NCBI GenBank assembly: GCA_043228905.1 | Contig: JBHGNT010000016.1 | Location: 11,408,001-11,472,000, forward strand | Length of the DNA: 64,000 nt | Origin: Azolla caroliniana | Lineage: Eukaryota; Plantae; Polypodiophyta | Reading direction: 5' to 3' | Shown here: piece after piece, positions 40,172-52,800 of the stretch | Position numbering within the stretch: the stretch's first letter is position 1 | Layout of the letters: each line of letters begins with the position of its first letter | Program-made: the position numbers and the translations under genes | Notes under the pieces: model-generated | The model's input: only the letters and a program-made list of their open reading frames with translations | Told to the model about the DNA's origin: nothing | Databases searched by the model: none

Positions 40172-41698
40172 TGACGGGAACTGGTCGTTCCTTATGCTCA
40201 ACGCTCGGCCACAACCGAGCTTAGAATCATACATAGAAAACGGGAACTAAATGCACGACACAAAGGAGAGAAAAGGTACATAGGATGTTTACATGGAAAA
40301 CCCAAACTAAGGGAAAAACCACGGCAGCCCACAGGCTGCAAACTATCACTATGTTGGAATGTACAAACAGTGAGTTCACGGAGGCAACGACCTCGTGCTC
40401 ACGATCTTCGCCACAGGCGGCGGTTACAACAGAGGCAACGACCTCTTTCTCTCTCTGTACACTGTTACGCTGTCGTGCCTTTCGGCTCCGGATCGTTTGT
40501 GTGAGTCGGGTGGGAACCACCGGGGTTTTGGACTAGGAGAAAGAAAAATACAAATAAGGCTAGTAAAGAATAGGTATAAAGAGTTATAAGATAAGAATCT
40601 CGTGAATCCCACGAGTTTAGTATATTTAGTCGATATTTAGGTAGTAAGAGAGAATTATTTTAGCAAATTCGTGAATCCCACGAATATTTTAGATTGATTG
40701 ATCATTATAGAAAAATAATCAACAAAAACTACAATGTGCTCCCCATCCTTATATAGTGATGGGAGAGACTAAGCATAACTACATGCTTTTTCTAATATGT
40801 TCATGCACACTAAATGTGTATGTGATGCTTTTCTAATCCTTGCTTTTATTTGCTAAATATAGTGCTCATGCACGCTAGATGTGCATGAGTCATTTTTTAG
40901 TTGCTTGCGTTTTTCTATAAAATATTCACGCACTCTAAAAATGCACGATTTACCTTTTAATAAAGGTAGGTGCAAATAAAGCACTTATAGTTATTAAATC
41001 TATTTGTAGAACACTAAAGATAAGGTAGCATAATGGTAAAGTACAAGGTTCAAATCTTGCCCTATGCACGTGATAAATATCTTGATATTCTTATTTTATT
41101 TATTTATATGTAATTAAATCGGTTATATTATTTTTACTTATTCACGTAGTGTACGAAATACACTACGACAACGCACTCTAATCTCGTGCAAAACAGGAAT
41201 GACAACAACAGTAACTAAAAGTTTGCCCTAAGTCAGAAACATATTTACGACTTTTCGGCTATTTACAAATATAGCCTCGATGGACTCTTAGAAACATATT
41301 TACGAATATGTCTCTTCATCCGGTTCTCACCAGGTCTGCACCATCCGGCTCTCCGTAGCCGGGTACTCCTCATCCGGTTCTCACCGGGTCTGCACCATCC
41401 GGCTCTCCGTAGCCGGGTATTCCTCATCCGGTTCTCACCGGGTCTGCACCATCTGGCTCTCCGTAGCCGGGTACTCCTCATCTGGATCTCACCGGGTCTG
41501 CACCATCCAGCTCTCCGTAGCCGGGTACTCTTCATCCGGATCTCACTGGGTCTGCACCATCCGTCTCTCCGTAGCCGGGTACTCCTCATCCGGTTCTCAC
41601 CGGGTCTCCACCATCCGGCTCTCCGTAGCCGAGCACTTCTCATCCGGTTTCGGCACTGTTCTTCTCTCTTCCCATTCGGAGGGACCTGTCTCCCAACA
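40172..41698 (-). mobile_element. Solo LTR, family X, with about 6 copies of the 54-bp repeat
   Basis: TSD gattg/gatcg. It interrupts the copia protease region (VGQIV|D). Confidence 0.9.
40471..41170 (-). mobile_element. Solo LTR of the tRNA-Trp-primed family
   Basis: Reverse complement of 10786-11508. 4-bp TSD acgc. Confidence 0.92.
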
Positions 41699-44600
41699 GA
41701 TCGTCGACTAGGGGATGCAGGTTTGGTTTACGCATCTTGGGTACTTCATTGAGGAAGAAGGCCGTATTATTGCGCAAGGGCGCAGAGATGGGAGGATGTT
41801 TATCCTCGACTCTACTGACGGTGGCACCAATGTTCGCGAAGGGACAAAAAGTCGAGTCGGACATCAACTTATGGCACAAACGGATAGGCCATGTCAACTA
41901 CCAGCGGCTTCAAGACCTGCAATCGAAACAAGTGGTGTTTGGATTGCCCAAATTCAGTGGCCGGAAGGCACAGATTTGAGAAGCCTGCCAGCTTGGGAAG
42001 CAACACCGACTTCCTTTCCCAAACGAGCGTAATCGGAGCCGGAACAAGCTAGACTTGATACACTCTGATGTGTGGGGGCCGGCACAAAACGTTTTTCTTG
42101 GCAGGAGCCGATATTTTGTCTCCTTCATCGACGACTACACGCGGCACACGTGGATCTACCTCATTGAGAGGAAAAGCGAAGTCTTCGACTGTTTCCGGGA
42201 CCTCAAAGGGTTCGTGGAAACGGAAACAGGAAGAAAGATCAAGTGTCTGCGGTCAGATGGCGGAAAAGAATACTTTTCCGGTCAATTCAACGGTTATCTA
42301 CAACAGATGGGAATTCAACGCGAATTTAGTTGTAGATACACGCCAGAGCAAAATGGCGTGGCCGAGAGAAAAAATCGGTCGGTTGTGGAAGCTGCACGCG
42401 CAATGCTGGAGGAGAAGAGCTTGCCCAAGTTCTATTGGGCTGAGGCGGTAAGAACTGCGGTATACATCCAAAACCGGATCAGAGAAAAAGTGTCGGCGCA
42501 TGAGCTATACTTTGGAACAAAACCAAACTTGCGACATTTACGAGTTTTCAGTAGCATTGCGTATGTACATGTGCCGAAGGAGAAAAGGAGGAAGTTGGGA
42601 GCAAAAGCCGAGAAGTGTATCTTGGTCGGCTATTCCGACGAGCAGAAGGGTTATAAGTGCTATAACCCGCGTACCAAACAACTGCATATGAGCCGCGACG
42701 TTGTGTTTAATGAGTCCGCGTCCTGGTACTTGCCTCCGACTCCGGATCTCACCTCCAATCCGAGTTCTGACGATGAGGACAGCGAGGCCGAGGTGCCTCC
42801 GGCTGAGCGTGAAATCGGGATCCCCGAAGAGAGTCCGATTTCATTTCGGTTAAGTGGACCGAATGGACGACTGAGTCGGTACGACTAGTCCGATGAAGAG
42901 CCGACGAGTAGTGGAGACTCGGCTGTGCATTCCCCGCGTAGGAAGCCGAGGAGACGGCTTACCCGCGAAGAAAAAGGGAAGAAGAAGATGTCGGATTCCG
43001 GCACGGATAGGAACAAGTCAGACGGACGCGAGTCCGACTCCGAGGGAAGCGGCGACGGGCCTTCAGGAACGAAGTCCGCATCGGCCGAGAAGACCTCGAC
43101 ATCGGCAAATGACCGATTACGCCGATCTACCCGCCAAAAGAACCCAGTTGTGCGGTTTGGATACAACGAGTACATGGCGCATCACTCTGCGTACATGACC
43201 CGTGTAGTGGAAGTACGTGAGCCGAGGAGCTACGCAGAAGCGGCGAAGGACGCGAATTGGCGCGCCGCGGTGGAGGAAGAGATGCACGCACCGAAGGGTG
43301 TGACGCACCGAAGGACCTGGTTGACGCACCGAAGGGTGTGAAGCCGATCGGATGTAGGTGGGTGTACAAGGTCAAGTACGACACCGACGGCTCGGTCAAC
43401 CGATACAAGGCCCGGTTAGTGGCAAAAGGCTACGCGCAAAAACACGGCATCGACTACGATGAGACGTTTGCGCCGGTCGCAAAGATGACGACCGTCTGTG
43501 TTTTGCTCGCAGTAGCCGCAACCAAGGGGTGGCACCTACATCAGATGGATGTAAAGAATGCATTCCTGCAAGGTTAGTTTGAGGACCAAGTGTACATGGT
43601 ACAACCCCCCGGATTTCACTCTGGACTGAACATGTCGGCAATATGCCGATTGAAGAAGTCCCTTTACGGACTGAAGCAAGCACCGCGTGCCTGGAATGCA
43701 AAAATCACGCATCGGCTGTGTCGGATGGGCTTTGCGACGTCAAAATCAGACTCCTCGTTGTTCATTCGGAAAGGTCGACTCGGGCCGGTCAGTATTTTAC
43801 TCTATGTTGATGACTTGGTCATCACCGGTGCCGACCTAGGTGAGATCAACCGCGTGAAGCTCCAACTTGCAGCATCATTCGACATGAAGGATCTGGGGGA
43901 CCTTCATTACTTCCTCAGGATCGAAGTGATCCGCACCCCTGAAGGCATAATAATCAACCAACGTCATTACGCGCTGAATATGTTCTTCAAATTCGGGATG
44001 GCAGACTGTAAGTCCTTCTCAACTCCTCTAGACAGAACCGTCAAGCTTCGCCCTAGTTCCGACAAGGTTTGCGATCCAACAAGGTTTCGAGAAGTTGTTG
44101 GAAGCCTTATCTACTTGACCATCACCCGACCCGATCTCAGTTATCCGGTCGGGGTGATCAGTCAGTTCATGGCGCGCCCTACCGAGGAGCACCTTGAGTG
44201 TGCGCAACGCGTACTGCGGTACATAAGCGGCACTAAGGACCAAAGACTGCTATATCGGGCTGATACAGCCCTGCAGTTGGTCGGCTACACTGATGTCGAC
44301 TAGACCGGCAATGTTGCCGATCGCCGATCCATGTCCGGACATGCGTTCTCTCTTGGGAGTGCCGCGATAGCGTGGAGTAGCAAGAAGCAGCCGACAGTTG
44401 CACTGTCGAGCACCGCAGCCGAGTATAGAGGAGCGGCTATCGCAACATTCGAAGCCATATGGTTGAAGCGGCTACTTAAGGATTTGCAGGTGGAGGTGTC
44501 TGATCCAATGACGATCTACTGCGACAACCTCAGCAGCATCCAACTCGCGAAGAACCCCGTCTTTCACGCACGGACCAAGCACATTGAGGTGCACTACCAT

Positions 44601-47600
44601 TTTGTCCGTGAGCGTGTCCTTTCTGGTGAAGTCGAACTTCAATATGTTTCGATGGATCGGCAAACCGCCGACATCTTCACCAAGCCTCTTGGTCTGGACA
44701 AGTTGCGGCAATTTTCGGGTGCGTTTGGGTTGCGTCACTTCGACGTGCCGAATTTGAGGGGGAGAAACATCCCAGATGACCACGAAAGGGAGCAGGAAAG
44801 GAGCGGAAAAGACCTTGGATCGGCTAAAGAAGCCGAGAGCGGATCCGCGGAAGAGTCCGAAAGCGGACACAAGGGGAGCAGCCGAAAGAAAGAGCCAAAG
44901 CCAACCAACCAGGCATGGGGGAGGCGAGAAGACCGGAGACGAGTTGGAGACAGCTAACTCGAACGAGAGCGAAAACCGATCAGAGGTAGCCGAGTCGGTT
45001 CGTATTTTTTGATTCAGATACACTGAATCAACTGAGGGCCAAGCGGAAAAGAAGGCAGTAGGAGAAGCGCCAACACCGCGACAGCAAGGGACCTATGAAG
45101 GGCCGTGGGAGCAGACAAGCCGGCCAGAAGGGTTGAACAGGCCGAGGAGCGCGAGCGAGCCGTGGAGCTAGGAGAAGTCGGAGCGTAGGTCCGGCAAAAT
45201 AGGCGGAACCTCAAGTTGAGCTTGAGGGGGAGTGTTGAGAGACAAGCTCAACATTTGTGCGTAATACGATGCATAACCAGTGCGTAGACTGGGTGCACAA
45301 AACCGGTACGCAGACCGGTGCGTAGAAAGGCCGTATCGGTGAGTAGACTGAAAGGCCGTTAGAAAGATATTCCTCGTAAGGAATAGTTTTGGGAGTAAGT
45401 GTCGAGGCTCATTTATGAGCAGTCAAGTACTGTCAGTACTTGTGTCAGCCCATTGTTAGGGCTTGTATAAAAGTGCTCACTGACCACATCCTATGTACAG
45501 ATTGAGTATTATTTTTAAATTTAAGTTCTTGTGTTACTCTCTCTATCTCTCTCCTGCGTACTGTGCAAACCTAAGCTTTCCATTAAACCTGCGTTTTCTG
45601 TTGTTCGGTTTTCCTATATTGCTTCCGCACGCCATTCTTTTCAAATGGTGATTCTTCACTCTCCAAATACCTCGACGATATGCGGGGAGCACGCTCACCA
45701 TAGCAACACTGTGGTCTTTCCCGACCCGCCGTAGCCCCCAGCATGGCCTTTGCCTATCCCCGCTTTAACGGCGAAACCGATGCCACAACCCATATTCGCA
45801 TGTTCCTCAATGTCTGGAATGCGAACCACATGGCGCAGAGCCTTTCGGAGGTGGTAGCGCAGAGCCTTTCGGAGGTGACAGAGTTCGGGTTAACATTGGA
45901 TGGGCGAGTGGCATTTTGGCATTCACAGATGGATTTGCCAGCAATCATGACCTTTGATCAACTGCAGTCCGCTTTCTTGCGGTTCTTCCATCGGAGGGTT
46001 TCACAACACAAAATCCTCGGACAGTTCTACACGATTAAGCAATTGCCGACCGAGACAATCGCAGACTTCAGCTTACGTTTCCAAAATTTACGGCGGAAAC
46101 TGGAACAGAGCCCCGCGGAGGACGAGGCTAGAGAGACATTCCTGGCAGCATTACACCGACCCATACGGACAACGCTCAACAACAATAGCGTGAAAGGGGA
46201 AATGACGGATATGTTCATTGAACGAGCATTACAGCTCGAGTTGGACGAGGAGGAGGAAAGGTTTTCTATGTCGTCTTTACGACAAGCATTACCCCAGGAC
46301 GAGGAACTCAGGGCATTCCGCAGTGGAGTGCAACATGCAAATCCATTGCCCAATCTGCCACTCGAAGGCTCACACAGTCGAACAATGCGAATACAATATG
46401 TTGAACAGAGCCACTCCCACAGTACGCAGCATGGACACAAAACTTCCCCCACGCCGTACTGAATAAAGGAGGCAAGAAGACTGACCACGGTATGTGGATC
46501 GCAACTCACGTGACGACTGACACCACCGAAATCGCCGGAATCACAACGATTCCGAGGAAGACAAACTAGAGGATGAGGATTACCCTGAACCTCCGAGTTA
46601 TGCTAAAGGGGGCTGGCGCTATGAGAATCACCGGCCGACAAACAAACGCGGCGGCTTCAATGGTTATCCTGGGAAGCCGCGACAATATCGAGACCACCAG
46701 CGATACGACGAAAGCTCGGGAGATGAGCGACACCAAGAACCACGCTGGGACCAACAGCAACCACCGCGTGCGTTCCGACAAACGCAAGCGGACTGTGAGG
46801 AGCAAGTCGCACCAAGGGATTGGCACACACCACCAGGAGCCGAAAAGGGCGAATCAAGCATCCATTGTTTTGTTTGTCAGCAGCCTGGACATTATGCCAC
46901 GCAATGCCCAACACGGAACGGCAAGGGGCTTGCTGTCAATACGATTACGGCGGAAGTGCAACAAGTCACGACACACCAACAAACAAAAACGGATGATTGG
47001 GCTGTGCAAGATGAGATACAACGACAAGCCCAGGCATGGGTGGAAAAAGCAAATGCGACCAATACAAAGCGCATGCAGAAGGAGTTCGCGAATATGTGGG
47101 AGCGAGCGTAGGACGAAGGACCGGTGCCAGACCCCATTTGGCAGGCATTAGTGGGCTTCGAGATAACATTAACCATGGAGAAGCTGCTGCAGCTAGTCCC
47201 ACGCTTCCGCCAGACCATGGAAGAACGGGTGACGGGCATACTCGGGGTGAGCGTCGCTACAAACCTTACAGATGTTAGCGACGGGCTGCCTGTTGTGGAT
47301 CACAACAACCCGACTATTACATTGATATTACACAGACAGGAAATTCCCGGATGCGTAATCGATGGCGGCTCGGGCATTAATGCAATCAGTGTGAAAACTT
47401 GCAAGCAATTAGGCATTTCAGAATGGGAGGCTTGCCCATTCTAGCTCCGAATGGCAGATACCCGCTCAGTACGACCATTGGGGTTAATTCTCAAGATAGG
47501 CATTATCGTGGGCGGACATCGCATCAACATCTCGGCGGTCGTCCTTGCCTTGGACGCCCCAGGAGCGTACCTAGTGCTTCTGGGAAGACCATGGCTTCGG

Positions 47601-49186
47601 GCAGCAAATTTCAAGAAGAGCTGGCAACACAAGTGTATCAGTTTCCGACACGGACGCGCTAAGGTTCGCGTACCTACGGAAGGAAGCACGCCACAACCCA
47701 AGGGTATAACACCATTATACGCAGAAGATATAAATATGTTGGCTGGGGTGGAGGATGCAGAATTAGAGGCATACCTAGATGAGCACCCTCGGATCATTCC
47801 GCTGTTCGAAATCGACGTCATCACAACTGCAGCAGAATATGCCACGGCCACTATCCTCCACGACGAGGCTTACGAACCAAACTCAGAGTCCATATTGGAA
47901 CTCAGCAGAGCACGGGTGGCATTCGAAAGGGAAATGGAAATTTCACGACAAGTCACCGCCTCCGCCCTAGAAGAAGTAAATGTGGGTACGGAGTCAGAAC
48001 CCCGTTTCCTCTCCATCGCAAAGGAATTAAGGTTGGACCAGAGAAACACGATGATCGCACTACTCAAGAAATATAAAGATGTGTTCGCTTGGGCTCACGA
48101 GGACATGAAGGGGTTAGATCCCAAATTCTATCAACATAAGATCAATTTAGCAATCGACGCAAAACCCGTCTGATTAAGGACTAGGTTTGTCGGGATACTG
48201 TAGGTGAAAATTAGCAAGAAGATCCTGAGCATTGGCGACATGCTCGACGGGCTCCCAAGTACGTTCGCTCGGACTATAGCCGAGCCAATCGACCAAATAA
48301 TAAAGTTTGTTGCGAACAAATTTGGAGTCGAGGATGGCAACAACTTCATACTCTGGGCCGGCGGTGGTGTAACACGATCGGGAATAGTGTTTGCTTTATA
48401 AGATTCAAGAAGAGAACTATGGAAGACCGGATGTATCCGAAGATGCGGAACGTGACATCATTAACCTTACCGGTAATATGGAAAGGACCGAGTCGTCGAT
48501 AATCCAACTTGTTGCACGGTCAAGTAGTCTTGATGTGACGACGTAAAAGCCATACTCGATCTCCGATGGCAAAAGAGGAGGGAAGCCGATGACGATCCGC
48601 GTAAATCTTATATGTTTGTTGAGCATGACGAAGATGAGTAGAAAGATCCATCTGGATCTTGCGTCGTCTCTCCAAATGATCCTCGGCATGAGGATTGGTA
48701 GGTAGCTCCGGGGTGTCGATCACCGACCAGCGAGGATGAGAACCGGTATAAGTGTAGAATGGGGTCGAGGAGTGAACAACATTATTATACACAAACTCCG
48801 CAAAGTGGAGAATATTAGCCCAATCGTCATGTTGATAACTCAGGAAACACCAGAGATATTGCTCTAGAGTTTGGTTTGTTCGTTCTGCCTGCCCATCGGT
48901 CTGAGGATGGTAGCCAAAGGAGAGGTTGCAAGAGACCTTGAGCATCTTGAAGACATGCTGCCAAAATTTGGAGACGAATTGCGGTCCTCGGTCACTGATG
49001 ATACTGTCTGGGAGGCCATGATGCCGAAATACCTCACGCATGACAAGGGTGGCGGTTTCCTCGCTAGTGATGGCCTTAGTACATGGCACAAAATGTGCCA
49101 TCTTCGTATATCGATCGACGACGGTTAAGATAGCATCGAACCCCTTTGAGATTGGCAGATCTGTGATAAAGTCAAGACAAATAAAC

Positions 49187-49807
49187 TGACGGGAACCGCA
49201 ACGCTCCTTATGCGCAACGCTCGGCCACAACCGAGCTTAGAATCATACACAGAAAATGGGAAATAAAACACGACACAAAGAAGAGGAGGGTACACAGGAT
49301 GTTTACGTGGAAAACCCAAACCAAGGGAAAAACCACGGCAGCCCACAGGCTACAAACTATCACTATGCTAGAATGTACAACAGTGAGTTCACGGAGGCAA
49401 CGACCTCGTGCTCATGATCCTCGCCACAGGCGGCGGTTACAATAGAGGCAACGACCTCTTTCTCTCTCTCTCTCTCTGTACACTGTTACGCGCTCTCTCT
49501 TTTCTTGCACCAACAAGAATATGACAACAATAGTAACCTAAAAGTTTGCCCTAAGTCATATTTATACTAATATGACTTTTCGGTTATTTACAAATATAGC
49601 CATGATGGGCTCTCAGAAACATATTTACGAATATGTCTCTTCATCCGATGAGCACTTCTCACCGGGTCTGCACCATCCGGCTCTCCGTAGCCGGGTACTC
49701 CTCATCCGGTCTTCACCGGGTCTGCATCATCCGGCTCTCCGTAGCCGGGTACTCCTCATACGCACTGTTCTTCTCCCTTCCCATCTGGAGGGACCTGTCT
49801 CCCAACA
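49187..49807 (-). mobile_element. Solo LTR, family X, with about 2 copies of the 54-bp repeat
   Basis: TSD taaac/tagac, inside the chromovirus integrase. Confidence 0.9.
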
Positions 49808-52800
49808 TAGACTACCACAGATTACTTGGAATCAGTAAGGGTTCCAACAAGCCATATGGATGGTGTCGTGGCATCTTTGCTCGGCAGCAAGCATCACAAG
49901 TCCGAACGTAGTCATCGACAAAACGTCGCATATGGGGCCACCAAAAGGATCGTTGAACTAGATCCAACGTCTTAGTGCTACCGAAATGTCCCGCCATATG
50001 GGTGTCGTGACAACTTTGGACGATTTGAAGGCGACAGGAACAATCAGGGACATATACAAGCTTTTTAAAGAATAACAAACCATCATGATATTCGAATTGT
50101 CGGTAGTCCATACCTGGTTGTTGAGACTGGGAACAGGATGCCTGAGAGGTATCAATGTGTGCCAGAATGTCTTGAGCAAAATTGTTCGTCTTCAAGTTCG
50201 CACGTATGGTGTCGGTAATCTGGGAATCCATTGGGGTGTGAAAAATCTGCGTTGTCTGCAATCGTGTTGGTCCCAAGATTACTTGCTTTTGATTATCGAA
50301 CGTTGGATCACCAGGCCGAGGTGCAAGATATGAACGTCGTGATAGTGCATCTGCCTTTCCTTACTGCTTCCCCGGTCGATATGCGATTTTGAAATCAAAA
50401 CGTGTGAGGAATTGAGCCCACTAGCTTGCCGTCGATTTAGCACACGAGCGTTTTGGAAATAAGAAAAATTCTTGTGATCACTGAAGACGATGACCTGATG
50501 TGGAGAGCCCTCCAAAAAGTGCCGCCATTGCACAAATGAATCCACGATGGCTAATAACTCCTTATCATGTATTTCGTAGTTGATTTCCACAACATCGAAT
50601 TTGCGCGAATGGAAGGCCACAGGATGTAACTCTTCTTTATCTCCTTGTTGAGAAAGGATGCTACCGAGGGCGAAATCTGATGCGTCTGTTGTCCGCCGGA
50701 ATTGTAACCGACGGACAAGAGCGTAGGAATAGGAAATAGGATAAGATTGTAACGCATGTAACGGTTCACACGGGAAGCGTGAACGGCTAAAAGACCCTGC
50801 GTATATAAAGGGCAGAAAACCTCTGATAGAGGTAGCGTGTAATTTTGGAATGTACAGAAGCGTATCGTAATAGAAATCTATCTTCTCTGATATTTGTGTA
50901 TAGCTACGGCTAATCTACTGTGTCTCTGTAACACCTGAGAGTGTAGAAGTAAGCCGGTTGTAGCCGTCTCCCTTATACGCTGCTAGGTTACGGAGCACAT
51001 TCCCCTACGTATTACGCACAAACGCTACCGTTCGTTGTCACACAGTCACTTGGAGGTCTAGGTCGAAGGACTGACCATAGACCGTGTTCCTAATCGGTAA
51101 CACTTTTGGCACGCTTGGTGATCTATGTCTTCTCACGGACGAACAACAACGAATGGATGTTTAGCCGTAGACGCCCCAGAGAACCAACACGACCAGACGG
51201 GCCAATCACAAGGTCCATCACATGCCAGGCGGAGGACCGCGCAAGGCAGAAGCCTCGACTCAGCGACCTCAACGCTACCTATTGTAATCACAAAGGTGAT
51301 TTTCCGCTCTTCAAATACCTCGACGATACGCGGGGAGCACGCTCACCACAGCAGCACTGTGGTCTTTCCCGACCTGTCGTAGCCCCCAGCATGGCCTTTG
51401 CCTATCCCCGCTTTAACGGCGAAACCGACACCGCAACTCATATTCGCATGTTCCTCGATGTCTGGAATGCAAACCACATGGCGTAGAGCCTTTCTGAGGC
51501 GGTAGCGCACCAGTCCAAAATGACAAAGTTCGGGTTAACATTGGATGGGCGAGCGGCATTTTGGCATTCACAGATGGATTTGCCAACAATCACGACCTTC
51601 GACCAGCTGCAGTCCGCCTTTTTGCGGTCCTTCCATCGGAGGGTTCCACAACGAGAAATCCTCGGACAGTTCTACACAATTAAGCAGCGGCCGACTGAGT
51701 AGATCGCAGACTTCAACTTCCATTTCCAAAATTTACGGCGGAAACTAGATAGGAGCCCCACGGAGGATGAGGCTCGGGAGACATTTCTAGCGGCCTTACG
51801 TTGACCCATACGGACAACGCTCAACAACAATAGCGTGAAAGGGGAAATAGCGGATATGGTCATTGAACGAGCACTACAGCTCAAGCTAGACGACGAAGAG
51901 GAAAGGTTTTCTATATCCTCATTACGACAAGCGTTACCTCAGGACGAGGAACGACATTTTCGTCACGCAATCCAATGCACGATTTGCTTGAACTCGGGGC
52001 ATTCCGCAGTGGAGTGCAACATGCAAATCCACTGCCCAATCTGCCACTCGAAGGCTCACACAGTCGAACAGTGCGAATACAATATGCTGAACAGAGCCGC
52101 TCCCACAATACGCAGCATGGACACACAGCGTCCCCCACACCGTACTGAACAAAGGAGGCAAGAAGACCGACCACGGTATGTGGATCGCAACCCACGTGAC
52201 GACCGACACTACCTGAATCGCCAAAATCACAACGATACCGAGGCAGACAAGCCAAAGGATGATGACTACCGTGGTCCCCCGAGTTATGCTAAAGGGGGTC
52301 GGCACTATGAGAATCACCGACCGATGAACAAACGTGGTGGCTTCAATGGTTATCGTGGGAAGCAGCGGCAATATCGAGACCATCGGCGATATGACGAAGG
52401 CTCGGGCGATGAGCGACACCAAGAACCGTGCCGGGACCAATAACAACCACCGCGTACGCTCCGACAAACGAAGCCAAACCGTGAGGAGCAAGTCGCACCA
52501 GGGGATTGGCACACACCACCAGGAGCCGAGAAGGGCGAATTGAGCATCCATTGTTTTGTTTGTCAGCATCCCGGACATTATGCCACGCAATGCCCAGTAC
52601 GCAAGGGCAAGGGGCCCGCCGTCAATACGATTACAGCGGAAGTCCAACAAGCCATGACACGCCAGCAAACTAAAACGGCTGATTGGGCCGCGTAGGATGA
52701 GATACAACGACAAGCCCAAGCATGGCTTGAAAAAGCAAACGCGACAAATACAGAGCGCATGCGGAAGGAGTCCGCGAATACAATGGAGCAAGTGGAGGAC

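Larger units (their letters stand above)
37771..45643 (+). mobile_element. Ty1/copia with three 411-bp LTRs (37771-38181, 38452-38862, 45233-45643)
   Basis: TSD aaggg/aatgg. Met-i PBS after LTR1 and LTR2. PPT before LTR2 and LTR3. Disrupted gag-pol 38945-44957. Confidence 0.95.
37144..48170 (+). mobile_element. 3'-truncated Athila-like Ty3/gypsy (5' LTR 37144-37576; gag/protease 45743-48170), split by nested copia
   Basis: LTR, PBS tggcacgcttgg and gag/protease (VIDGGSG) are homologous to 50687-60497. It breaks at the start of RT. Confidence 0.88.

Noticed and set aside
41263-41643. Repeat protein MRSTRLRRAGWCRPGENR
   Set aside because: Translation of the 54-bp LTR repeat, with no coding evidence.
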